Shown here piece by piece: positions 28,501 through 41,100 of a stretch of 64,000 nt of DNA; the first letter of the stretch is position 1; every line of letters starts with the position of its first letter. The notes below the pieces were generated by a model. The model saw nothing but the letters and a program-made list of their open reading frames with translations, did not search any database and was not told where the DNA came from. The DNA is from Eledone cirrhosa (Eukaryota): assembly GCA_964016885.1 (NCBI GenBank), contig OZ024741.1:20894001-20958000 (forward strand). The letters are read 5' to 3'. The position numbers were made by a program, and so were the translations under genes.

Positions 28501-30649
28501 GGACTGAAGACCAGCTAAGACAACCAATAAGATGGTGAAGCTTGGGGAGTGAAGACCTGCTGAGACAACCAATTAGATGGTGGAACTTGGAGAGTGAAGA
28601 CCAGATAAGACAACCAATTAGATGGTGGAACTTGGGGACTGAAGACCAGCTAAGACAACCAATTAGATGGTGGAACTTGGGGAGTGAAGACCAGCTAAGA
28701 CAATCAATTAGATGGTGGAACTTAGAGAGAGAAGACCAGATAAGACAACCAATTAGATGGTGGAACTTGGGGAGTGAAGACCAGCTAAGACAACCAATTA
28801 GATGGTGGAACTTGGAGAGTGAAAACGAGATAAGACAACCAATTAGATGGTGGAACTTGGGGACTGAAGACCAGCTAAGACAACCAATTAGATGGTGGAA
28901 CTTAGAGGGTGAAGACCAGCGAAGACAACCAATTAGATGGTGGAACTAGGAGAGTGAAGACCAGCTAAGACAGCCAATTAGATGGTGGAACTTGGAGAGA
29001 GAAGACCAGCTAAGAAAACCAATTAGATGGTGGAACTTGGAGAGTGAAGACCAGCTAAGAGAACCAATTAGATGGTGGAACATGTGGACTGAAGACCAGC
29101 TAAGACAACCAATAAGATGGTGGAACTTGGGGACTGAAGACCAGCTAAGACAACCAATTAGATGGTGGAACTTGGGGAGTGAAGACCAGCTAAGGCAACC
29201 AATTAGATGGTGGAACTTAGAGAGAGAAGACCAGATAAGACAACCAATTAGATGGTGGAACTTGGGGAGTGAAGACCAGCTAAGACAACCAATTAGATGG
29301 TGGAACTTGGGGAGTGAAGACCAGCTAAGACAACCAATTAGATAGTGGAATTTGGGGAGTGAAGACCAGCTAAGACAACCAATTAGATGGTGGAACTTGG
29401 GGAGTGAAGACCAGCTAAGACAACCAATTAGATGGTGGAACTTAGAGGGTGAAGACCAGCGAAGACAACCAATTAGATGGTGGAAATAAAAGAGTGAAGA
29501 CCAGCTAAGACAGCCAATTAGAGGGTGAAGACCAGCTAAGACAACAAATTAGATGGTGGAACTTGGGGAGTGAAGAGCTGCTAAGACACCCAATTAGATG
29601 GTGGAATTTGGGAAGAGAAGACCAGCTAAGACAACCAATTAGATGGTGGAACTTGGAGAGTGAAGACCAGCTAAGACAACCAATTAGATGGTGGAACTTG
29701 GAGAGTGAAGACCAGCTAAGACAACCAATTAGATGGTGGAACTTGGGGAGTGAAGACCAGCTAAGACAACCAATTAGATGGTGGAATAGTGGAATGAAGA
29801 CCAGCTAAGACAACCAATTAGATGGTGGAACTTGGGGAGTGAAGACCAGCTAAGAAAACCAGTTATATGGTGGAACTTGGAGAGTGAAGACCAGCTAAGA
29901 GAACGAATTAGATAGTGGAACTTGGAGAGTGAAGACCAGCTAAGACAACCAATTAGATGGTGGAACTTGTAGAGTGAAGACCAGCTAAGACAACAAATTA
30001 GATGGTGGAACTTAGAGAGTGAAGACCAGCTAAGACAACCAATTAGATGGTGGAACTTGGGGAGAAAAGACCAGCTAAGACAACCAATTAGATGGTGGAA
30101 CTTGGGGAGTGAAGACCAGCTAAGACAACCAATTAGATGGTGGAACTTGGGGAGTGAAGACCAGCTAAGACAACCAATTAGATTGTGGAACTTGGGGAGT
30201 GAAGAACAGCTAAGACAACCAATTAGATGGTGGAACTTGGGGAGTGTAGACCAGCTTAGACAACCAATTAGATGGTGGAACTTAGAGGGTGAAGACCAGC
30301 AAAGACAACCAATTAGATGGTGGAACTAGGAGAGTGAAGACCAGCTAAGACAACCAATTAGAGGGTGAAGACCAGCTAAGACAACCAATTAGATGGTGGA
30401 ACTTGGGGAGTGAAGACCAGCTAAGACAACCAATTAGATGGTGGATTTTGCGAAGAGAAGACCAGCTAAGACAACCAATTAGATGGTGGAACTTGGAGAG
30501 TGAAGACCAGCTAAGAGAACGAATTAGATGGTGGAAATAGGAGAGTGAAGACCAGCTAAGACAGCCAATTAGAGGGTGAAGACCAGCTAAGAGAACGAAT
30601 TAGAAGGTGGAACTTGGGGAGAGAAGACCAGCTAAGACAACCAATTAGA

Positions 30650-33600
30650 TGGTGGAACTTGGGGAGTGAAGACCAGCTAAGACAACCAATTAGATGGTGG
30701 AACTTGGAGAGAGAAGACCAGCTAAGAAAACCAATTAGATGGTGGAACTTGGAGAGTGAAGACCAGCTAAGAGAACCAATTAGATGGTGGAACATGTGGA
30801 CTGAAGACCAGCTAAGACAACCAATAAGATGGTGAAACTTGGGGAGTGAAGACCTGCTGAGACAACCAATTAGATGGTGGAACTTGGAGAGTGAAGACCA
30901 GATAAGACAACCAATTAGATGGTGGAAATTGGGGACTGAAGACCAGCTAAGACAACCAATTAGATGGTGGAACTTGGGGAGTGAAGACCAGCTAAGACAA
31001 TCAATTAGATGGTGGAACTTGGGGAGTGAAGACCAGCTAAGACAACCAATTAGATGGTGGAACTTGGGAAGTGAAGACCAGCTAAGACAACCAATTAGAT
31101 GGTGGAACTTAGAGGGTGAAGACCAGCGAAGACAACCAATTAGATGGTGGAACTAGGAGAGTGAAGACCAGCTAAGACAGCCAATTAGAGGGTGAAGACC
31201 AGCTAAGACAACAAATTAGATGGTGGAACTTGGGGAGTGAAGACCTGCTAAGACAACCAATTAGATGGTGGAATTTGGGAAGAGAAGACCAGCTAAGACA
31301 ACCAATTAGATGGTGGAATTTGGAGAGTGAAGACCAGCTAAGACAACCAATTAGATGGTGGAACTTGGAGAGTGAAGACCAGCTAAGACAACCAATTAGA
31401 TGGTGGAACTTGGGGAGTGAAGACCAGCTAAGAAAACCAGTTATATGGTGGAACTCTGAGAGTGAAGACCAGCTAAGAGAACGAATTAGATGGTGGAACT
31501 TGGAGAGTGAAGACCAGCTAAGACAACCAATTAGATGGTGGAACTTGGAGAGTGAAGACCAGCTAAGACAACAAATTAGATGGTGGAACTTGGAGAGTGA
31601 AGACCAGCTAAGACAACCAATTAGATGGTGGAACTTAGAGGTTGAAGACCAGCTAAGACAACCAATTAGATGATGGAACTTGTGGAGAAAAGACCAGCTA
31701 GGACAACCAATTAGATGGTGGAACTTGGGGAGTGAAGACCAGCTAAGACAACCAATTAGATGGTGGAACTTGGGGAGTGAAGACCAGCTAAGACAACCAA
31801 TTAGATGGTGGAACTTGGAGAGTGAAGACCAGCTAAGACAGCCAATAAGATGGTGGAACTTGGGGAGTGAAGAACAGCTAAGACAACCAATTAGATGGTG
31901 GAAGTTGGGGAGTGTAGACCAGCTAAGACAACCAATTAGATGGTGGAACTTAGAGGGTGAAGACCAGCGAAGACAACCAATTAGATGGTGGAACTAGGAG
32001 AGTGAAGACCAGCTAAGACAACCAATTAGATGGTGGAACTTGGGGAGTGAAGACCAGCTAAGACAACCAATTAGATGGTGGAATTTGGGAAGAGAAGACC
32101 AGCTAAGACAACCAATTAGATGGTGGAACTTGGAGAGTGAAGACCAGCTAAGAGAACGAATTAGATGGTGGAACTAGGAGAGTGAAGACCAGCTAAGACA
32201 GCCAATTAGAGGGTGAAGACCAGCTAAGAGAACGAATTAGAAGGTGGAACTTAGAGGGTGAAGACCAGCGAAGACAACCAATTAGATGGTGGAACTAGGA
32301 GAGTGAAGACCAGCTAAGACAACCAATTAGGTGGTGGAACTTGGGGAGTGAAGACCAGCTAAGACAACCAATTAGATGGTGGAACTTGGGGAGTGAAGAC
32401 CAGCTAAGACAACCAATTAGATGGTGGAACTTGGGGAGTGAAGACCAGCTAAGACAACCAATTAGATGGTGGAACTTGGGGAGTGAAGACCAGCTAAGAC
32501 AACCAATTAGATGGTGGAACTTGGAGAGAGAAGACCAGCTAAGAAAACCAATTAGATGGTGGAACTTGGAGAGTGAAGACCAGCTAAGAGAACCAATTAG
32601 ATGGTGGAACATGTGGACTGAAGACCAGCTAAGACAACCAATAAGATGGTGAAACTTGGGGAGTGAAGACCTGCTGAGACAACCAATTAGATGGTGGAAC
32701 TTGGAGAGTGAAGACCAGATAAGACAACCAATTAGATGGTGGAAATTGGGGACTGAAGACCAGCTAAGACAACCAATTAGATGGTGGAACTTGGGGAGTG
32801 AAGACCAGCTAAGACAATCAATTAGATGGTGGAACTTGGGGAGTGAAGACCAGCTAAGACAACCAATTAGATGGTGGAACTTGGGAAGTGAAGACCAGCT
32901 AAGACAACCAATTAGATGGTGGAACTTAGAGGGTGAAGACCAGCGAAGACAACCAATTAGATGGTGGAACTAGGAGAGTGAAGAACAGCTAAGACAGCCA
33001 ATTAGAGGGTGAAGACCAGCTAAGACAACAAATTAGATGGTGGAACTTGGGGAGTGAAGACCTGCTAAGACAACCAATTAGATGGTGGAATTTGGGAAGA
33101 GAAGACCAGCTAAGACAACCAATTAGATGGTGGAACTTGGGGAGTGAAGACCAGCTAAGAAAACCAGTTATATGGTGGAACTCTGAGAGTGAAGACCAGC
33201 TAAGAGAACGAATTAGATGGTGGAACTTGGAGAGTGAAGACCAGCTAAGACAACCAATTAGATGGTGGAACTTGGAGAGTGAAGACCAGCTAAGACAACA
33301 AATTAGATGGTGGAACTTGGAGAGTGAAGACCAGCTAAGACAACCAATTAGATGGTGGAACTTAGAGGTTGAAGACCAGCTAAGACAACCAATTAGATGA
33401 TGGAACTTGTGGAGAAAAGACCAGCTAGGACAACCAATTAGATGGTGGAACTTGGGGAGTGAAGACCAGCTAAGACAACCAATTAGATGGTGGAACTTGG
33501 GGAGTGAAGACCAGCTAAGACAACCAATTAGATGGTGGAACTTGGAGAGTGAAGACCAGCTAAGACAACCAATTAGATGGTGGAACTTGGGGAGTGAAGA

Positions 33601-34200
33601 ACAGCTAAGACAACCAATTAGATGGTGGAAGTTGGGGAGTGTAGACCAGCTAAGACAACCAATTAGATGGTGGAACTTAGAGGGTGAAGACCAGCGAAGA
33701 CAACCAATTAGATGGTGGAACTAGGAGAGTGAAGACCAGCTAAGACAACCAATTAGATGGTGGAACTTGGGGAGTGAAGACCAGCTAAGACAACCAATTA
33801 GATGGTGGAATTTGGGAAGAGAAGACCAGCTAAGACAACCAATTAGATGGTGGAACTTGGAGAGTGAAGACCAGCTAAGAGAACGAATTAGATGGTGGAA
33901 CTAGGAGAGTGAAGACCAGCTAAGACAGCCAATTAGAGGGTGAAGACCAGCTAAGAGAACGAATTAGAAGGTGGAACTTAGAGGGTGAAGACCAGCGAAG
34001 ACAACCAATTAGATGGTGGAACTAGGAGAGTGAAGACCAGCTAAGACAACCAATTAGATGGTGGAACTTGGGGAGTGAAGACCAGCTAAGACAACCAATT
34101 AGATGGTGGAACTTGGGGAGTGAAGACCAGCTAAGACAACCAATTAGATGGTGGAACTTGGGGAGTGAAGACCAGCTAAGACAACCAATTAGATGGTGGA
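30650..34200 (+). repeat. Tandem duplication of ~1.8 kb; second copy lacks two monomers
   Basis: ORF offsets are 1,817 (30839/32656, 31230/33047) then 1,727 (31680/33407, 32341/34068). Shared variants GGTGAAACTT, GAACTCTGAG, GAGGTTGAAG, TGTGGAGAAAAGACCAGCTAGG and GGAAGTTGG. Confidence 0.9.
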
Positions 34201-34860
34201 ACTTGGGGAGTGAAGACCAGCTAAGACAACCAATTAGATGGTGGAATAGTGGAATGAAGATCAGCTAAGACAACCAATTAGATGGTGGAACTTGGGGAGT
34301 GAAGACCAGCTAAGAAAACCAATTAGATGGTGGAACTTGGGGAGTGAAGACCAGCTAAGAGAACGAATGAGATGGTGGAACTTGGAGAGTGAAGACCAGC
34401 TAAGACAACCAATTAGATGGTGGAACTTGGGGAGTGAAGACCAGCTAAGACAACCAATTAGATGGTGGAACTTAGAGGGTGAAGACCAGCTAAGACAACC
34501 AATTAGATGTTGGAACTTGGGGGGAGAAGACCAGCTAAGACAACCAATTAGATGGTGGAACTTGGAGAGAGAAGACCAGCTAAGAAAACCAATTAGATGG
34601 TGGAACTTGGAGAGTGAAGACCAGCTAAGAGAACCAGTTAGATGGTGGAACATGTGGACTGAAGACCAGCTAAGACAACCAATTAGATGGTGGAACTTGG
34701 GGACTGAAGACCAGCTAAGACAACCAATTAGATGGTGGAACTTGGGGAGTGAAGACCAGCTAAGACAACCAATTAGATGGTGGAACTTGGGGACTGAAGA
34801 CCAGCTAAGACAACCGATTAGATGGTGGAGCCTGGAGAGTGAAGACCAGCTAAGATAACC

Positions 34861-34895
34861 AATTAGATGGTGGTCTTAACTCTCCAAGTTCCACC
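34861..34895. other. Strand-switch (inversion) junction between the arms, convergent, no inserted sequence
   Basis: AATTAGATGG[TGG]TCTTAACTCTCCAAGTTCC: the forward monomer ends at GATGGTGG and the reverse monomer begins at TGGTCTT, sharing TGG at 34,871-34,873. Confidence 0.97.
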
Positions 34896-37800
34896 ATCTA
34901 ATTGGTTGTCTTAGCTGGTCTTCACTCCCCAAGGTTCACCATATAATTGGTTATCTTAACTGGACTTTAGTCCCCAAGTTCCACCATCTAATTGGTTGTC
35001 TTAGCTGGTCTTCACTCCCCAAGTTCCACCATCTAATTGGTTGTCTTAGCTGGTCTTCACTGCCCAAGTTCCACCAGCTTATTGGTTGTCTTAGCTGGTC
35101 TTCAATCCCCAAGTTCCACCATCTAATTGATCGTCTTAGCTGGTCTTCACGCTCCACGTTCCACCATCTAATTGGTTGTCTTAGCTGGTCTCCACTCTCC
35201 AAGTTCCACCATCTAATTGGTTGTCTTAGCTGATCTTCACTCTCCAAGTTCCACCATCTAATTGGTTGTCTTAGCTGGTCTTCACTCTCCAAGTTCCACC
35301 ATCTAATTGATTGTCTTAGCTGGTCTTCACTCTCCAAGTTCCACCATCTAATTGATTGTCTTAGCTGATCTTCACTCTCCAAGTTCCACCATCTAATTGA
35401 TTGTCTTAGCTGGTCTTCACTCCCCAAATTCCCCCATCTAATTGATTGTCTTAGCTGCTCTTCACTCCCCCAGTTCCACCATCTAATTGGTTCTCTTAGC
35501 TGGTCTTCAGTCTCCAAGTTCCACATTCTAATTGGTTGTCTTAGCTGGTCTTCACTCCCCAAGTTCCACCATCTAATTGGTTGTCTTAGCTGGTCTTCAC
35601 TCCCCAAGTTCCACCATGTAATTGGTCATCTTAGCTGCTCTTCACTCCCCAAGTTACACCATCTAATTGGTTGTCTTAACTGCTCTTCACTCCCCAAGTT
35701 CCACCATCTAATTGGTTGTCTAAGCTGCTCTTCACTCTCCAAGTTCCACCATGTAATTGGTCATCTTAGCTGCTCTTCACTCCCCAAGTTCCACCATCTA
35801 ATTGGTTGTCATAGCTGGTCTCCACTCCCCAAGTTCCACCATCTAATTGGTTGTCTTAGCTGGTCTTCACTCCCCAAGTTCCACCATCTAGTTGGTTGTC
35901 TTAGCTGGTCTTCACTCCCCAAGTTCCACCATCTAATTGGTTGTCTTAGCTGGTCTTCACTCCCCAAGTTCCACCATCTAATTGGTTGTCTTAGCTGGTC
36001 TTCACTCTCCACGTTCCACCATCTAATTGGTTGTCTTAGCCGGTCTCCACTCTCCAAGTTTCACCATCTAATTGGTTGTCTTAGCTGGTCTTCACTCTCC
36101 AAGTTCCACCATCTAATTGATTGTCTTAGCTGGTCTTCACTCCCCAAATTCCACCATCTAATTGGGTGTCTTAGCTGGTCTTCACCCCCCACGTTCCACC
36201 ATCTAATTGGTTGTCTTAGCTTTTCTACATTCCCCAATTCCACCATCTAATTGGTTCTCTTAACTGGATTCACTCCCCCAGGTCCACCATCTAATTGGTT
36301 GTCTTAGCTGGTCTTCACTCCCAAGTTCCACCATCTAATTGGTTGTCTTAGCTGGTCTTCACTCCCCAAGTTCCACGATCTAATTGGTTGTCTTAGCTGC
36401 TCTTCACTCCCGAAGTTCCACCATCTAATTGGTAGTCTTAGCTGGACATCACTCCCCAAGTTCCACCATCTAATTGGTTGTCTTAGCTGGTCTTCATTCT
36501 CCAAATTCCACGATCTTATTGGTTGTCTTAGTTGGTATTCACTCGCCAAGTTCCACCATCTAATTGGTTGTCTTAGCTGGTCTTCATTCTCCAAGTTCCA
36601 CCATGTGTTTGGTTGTCTTAGCTGGTCTTCACTGCCCAAGTTCCACCATCTAATTGGTTGTCTTAGCTGCTCTTCACTCCCCAAGTTCCACCATCTAATT
36701 GGTTGTCTTAGCTGGTCTTCACTCTCCAAGTTCCACCATCTAATTGGTTGTCTTAGCTGGTCTTCACTCTCCAAGTTCCACCATCTAATTGGTTGTCTTA
36801 GCTGGTCTTCACTCTCCAAGTTCCACCATCTAATTGATTGTCTTAGCTGGTCTTCACTCCGCAAGTTCCACCATCTAATTGATTGTCTTAGCTGGTCTTC
36901 ACTCCCCAAGTTCCACCATCTAATTGGTTGTCTTAGCTGGTCTTCACTCCCCAAGTTCCACCATCTAATTGGTTGTCTTAGCTGGTCTTCACTCCCCAAG
37001 TTCCACCATCTAATTGGGTGTCTTAGCTAGTCATCACACCCCAAGTTCCACCATCTAATTGGTTGTCTTAGCTGTTCTACATTCCCCAATTCCACCATCT
37101 AATTGGTTCTCTTAGCTGGTCTTCACTCCCCCAGGTCCACCATCTAATTGGTTGTCTTAGCTGGTCTTCACTCCCAAGTTCCACCATCTAATTGGTTGTC
37201 TTAGCTGGTCTTCACTCCTCAAGTTCCACAATCTAATTGGTTGTCTTAGCTGCTCTTCACTCCCCAACTTCCACAATCTAATTGGTTGTCTTAGCTGGTC
37301 TTCATTCCCCAAGTTCCACCATCTAATTGGGTGTCTTAGCTGGTCTCCACTCTCCAAGTTCCACCATCTAATTGGTTGTCTTAGCTAATCTTCACTCTCC
37401 AAATTTCACCATCTAATTGGTTGTCTTAGCTGGTCTTCTCTCTCCAAGTTCCACCATCTAATTGATTGTCTTAGCTGGTCTCCACTCCCCAAATTCCAAC
37501 ATCTAATTGATTGTCTTAGCTGGTCTTCACTCTCCAAGTTCCACCATCTAATTGGTTGTCTTAGCTGGTCTTCACTTCCCAAGTTCCACCATCTAATTGG
37601 GTGTCTTAGCTGGTCTTCACCCCCCAAGTTCCACCATCTAATTGGTTGTCTTATCTGTTCTACATTCCTTAATTCCACCATCTAATTGGGTGTCTTAGCT
37701 GGTCTCCACTCTCCAAGTTCCACCATCTAATTGGTTGTCTTAGCTAATCTTCACTCTCCAAATTTCACCATCTAATTGGTTGTCTTAGCTGGTCTTCTCT

Positions 37801-38129
37801 CTCCAAGTTCCACCATCTAATTGATTGTCTTAGCTGGTCTCCACTCCCCAAATTCCAACATCTAATTGATTGTCTTAGCTGGTCTTCACTCCCAAGTTCC
37901 ACCATCTAATTGGTTGTCTTAACTGGTCTTCACTCCCCAGGTTCCACAATCTAATTGGTTGTCTTAGCTGGTATTCACTCCCCAAGTTCCACCATCTAAT
38001 TGATTGTCTTAGCTGGTCTTCACTCCCCAAGTTCCAGCAACTAATTGGTTGTCTTAGCTGGTCTTCACTCCCCAAGTTCCACCATCTAATTGGTTGTCTT
38101 AGCTGTTCTACATTCCCCAATTCCACCAT

Positions 38130-41100
38130 CTAATTGGTTCTCTTAACTGGATTCACTCCCCCAGGTCCACCATCTAATTGGTTGTCTTAGCTGGTCTTCA
38201 CTCTCAAGTTCCACCATCTAATTGGTTGTCTTAGCTGGTCTTCACTCCCCAAGTTCCACGATCTAATTGGTTGTCTTAGCTGCTCTTCACTCCCGAAGTT
38301 CCACCATCTAATTGGTTGTCTTAGCTGGTCTTCACTCCCCAAGTTCCACCATCTAATTGGTAGTCTTAGCTGGACATCACTCCCCAAGTTCCACCATCTA
38401 ATTGGTTGTCTTAGCTGGTCTTCATTCTCCAAATTCCACGATCTTATTGGTTGTCTTAGTTGGTATTCACTCGCCAAGTTCCACCATCTAATTGGTTGTC
38501 TTAGCTGGTCTTCATTCTCCAAGTTCCACCATGTGATTGGTTGTCTTAGCTGGTCTTCACTGCCCAAGTTCCACCATCTAATTGGTTGTCTTAGCTGCTC
38601 TTCACTCCCCAAGTTCCACCATCTAATTGGTTGTCTTAGCTGGTCTTCACTCTCCAAGTTCCACCATCTAATTGGTTGTCTTAGCTGGTCTTCACTCTCC
38701 AAGTTCCACCATCTAATTGGTTGTCTTAGCTGGTCTTCACTCTCCAAGTTCCACCATCTAATTGATTGTTTTAGCTGGTCTTCACTCCCCAAGTTCCACC
38801 ATCTAATTGATTGTCTTAGCTGGTCTTCACTCCCCAAGTTCCACCATCTAATTGGTTGTCTTAGCTGGTCTTCACTCCTCAAGTTCCACCATCTAATTGG
38901 TTGTCTTAGCTGGTCTTCACTCCCCAAGTTCCACCATCTAATTGGTTGTCTTAGCTGTTCTACATTCCCCAATTCCACCATCTAATTGGTTCTCTTAGCT
39001 GGTCTTCACTCCCCCAGGTCCACCATCTAATTGGTTGTCTTAGCTGGTCTTCACTCCCAAGTTCCACCATCTAATTGGTTGTCTTAGATTGTCTTCACTC
39101 CTCAAGTTCCACAATCTAATTGGTTGTCTTAGCTGCTCTTCACTCCCCAACTTCCACAATCTAATTGGTTGTCTTAGCTGGTCTTCATTCCCCAAGTTCC
39201 ACCATCTAATTGGGTGTCTTAGCTGGTCTCCACTCTCCAAGTTCCACCATCTAATTGGTTGTCTTAGCTGATCTTCACTCTCCAAATTTCACCATCTAAT
39301 TGGTTGTCTTAGCTGGTCTTCTCTCTCCAAGTTCCACCATCTAATTGATTGTCTTAGCTGGTCTCCACTCCCCAAATTCCAACATCTAATTGATTGTCTT
39401 AGCTGGTCTTCACTCTCCAAGTTTCACCATCTAATTGGTTGTCTTAGCTGGTCTTCACTTCCCAAGTTCCACCATCTAATTGGGTGTCTTAGCTGGTCTT
39501 CACCCCCCAAGTTCCACCATCTAATTGGTTGTCTTATCTGTTCTACATTCCTTAATTCCACCATCTAATTGGTTGTCTTAGCTGGTCTTCACTCCCAAGT
39601 TCCACCATCTAATTGGTTGTCTTAACTGGTCTTCACTCCCCAGGTTCCACAATCTAATTGGTTGTCTTAGCTGCTCTTCACTCCCCAAGTTCCACCATCT
39701 AATTGGTTGTCTTAGCTGGTCTTCACTCTCCAAGTTCCACCATCTAATTGATTGTCTTAGCTGGTCTTCACTCCCCAAGTTCCACCATCTAATTGATTGT
39801 CTTAGCTGGTCTTCACTCCCCAAGTTCCAGCAACTAATTGGTTGTCTTAGCTGGTCTTCACTCCCCAAGTTCCACCATCTAATTGGTTGTCTTAGCTGTT
39901 CTACATTCCCCAATTCCACCATCTAATTGGTTGTCTTAGCTGGTCTTCACTCCCCCAGGTCCACCATCTAATTGGTTGTCTTAGCTGGTCTTTACTCCCA
40001 AGTTCCACCATCTAATTTGTTGTCTTAGCTGGTCTTCACTCCCCAAGTTCCACAATCTAATTGGTTGTCTTAGCTGCTCTTCACTCCCCAAGTTCCACCA
40101 TCTAATTGGTTGTCTTAGCTGTTCTACATTCCCCAATTCCACCATCTAATTGGTTCTCTTAGCTGGTCTTCACTCCCCCAGGTCCACCATCTAATTGGTT
40201 GTCTTAGCTGGTCTTCACTCCCAAGTTCCACCATCTAATTGGTTGTCTTAGCTGGTCTTCACTCCTCAAGTTCCACAATCTAATTGGTTGTCTTAGCTGC
40301 TCTTCACTCCCCAACTTCCACAATCTAATTGGTTGTCTTAGCTGGTCTTCATTCCCCAAGTTCCACCATCTAATTGGGTGTCTTAGCTGGTCTCCACTCT
40401 CCAAGTTCCAACATCTAATTGGTTGTCTTAGCTGATCTTCACTCTCCAAATTTCACCATCTAATTGGTTGTCTTAGCTGGTCTTCTCTCTCCAAGTTCCA
40501 CCATCTAATTGATTGTCTTAGCTGGTCTCCACTCCCCAAATTCCAACATCTAATTGATTGTCTTAGCTGGTCTTCACTTCCCAAGTTCCACCATCTAATT
40601 GGGTGTCTTAGCTGGTCTTCACCCCCCAAGTTCCACCATCTAATTGGTTGTCTTATCTGTTCTACATTCCTTAATTCCACCATCTAATTGGTTGTCTTAG
40701 CTGGTCTTCACTCCCAAGTTCCACCATCTAATTGGTTGTCTTAACTGGTCTTCACTCCCCAGGTTCCACAATCTAATTGGTTGTCTTAGCTGCTCTTCAC
40801 TCCCCAAGTTCCACCATCTAATTGGTTGTCTTAGCTGGTCTTCACTCTCCAAGTTCCACCATCTAATTGATTGTCTTAGCTGGTCTTCACTCCCCAAGTT
40901 CCAGCAACTAATTGGTTGTCTTAGCTGGTCTTCACTCCCCAAGTTCCACCATCTAATTGGTTGTCTTAGCTGTTCTACATTCCCCAATTCCACCATCTAA
41001 TTGGTTCTCTTAACTGGATTCACTCCCCCAGGTCCACCATCTAATTGGTTGTCTTAGCTGGTCTTCACTCCCAAGTTCCACGATCTAATTGGTTGTCTTA

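Larger units (their letters stand above)
1..34873 (+). repeat. 45-bp tandem satellite array, left arm (purine-rich strand on +), open at window start
   Basis: Uninterrupted head-to-tail copies of GGTGGAACTTGGGGAGTGAAGACCAGCTAAGACAACCAATTAGAT, mostly within a few substitutions of consensus, interspersed with 31-bp and 44-bp length variants. The ORF track shows the 15-aa periodicity WWNLGSEDQLRQPIR. Confidence 0.99.

Noticed and set aside
34871-34873. Bacterial origin/terminus suggested by the GC/purine skew flip
   Set aside because: The flip is fully explained by inversion of a strand-asymmetric monomer (G14 A16 C7 T8).
34000-35750. Fold-back chimeric read or perfect palindrome artefact
   Set aside because: Variants on either side of 34,873 are not mirror images. 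A contig misjoin still cannot be excluded without reads.
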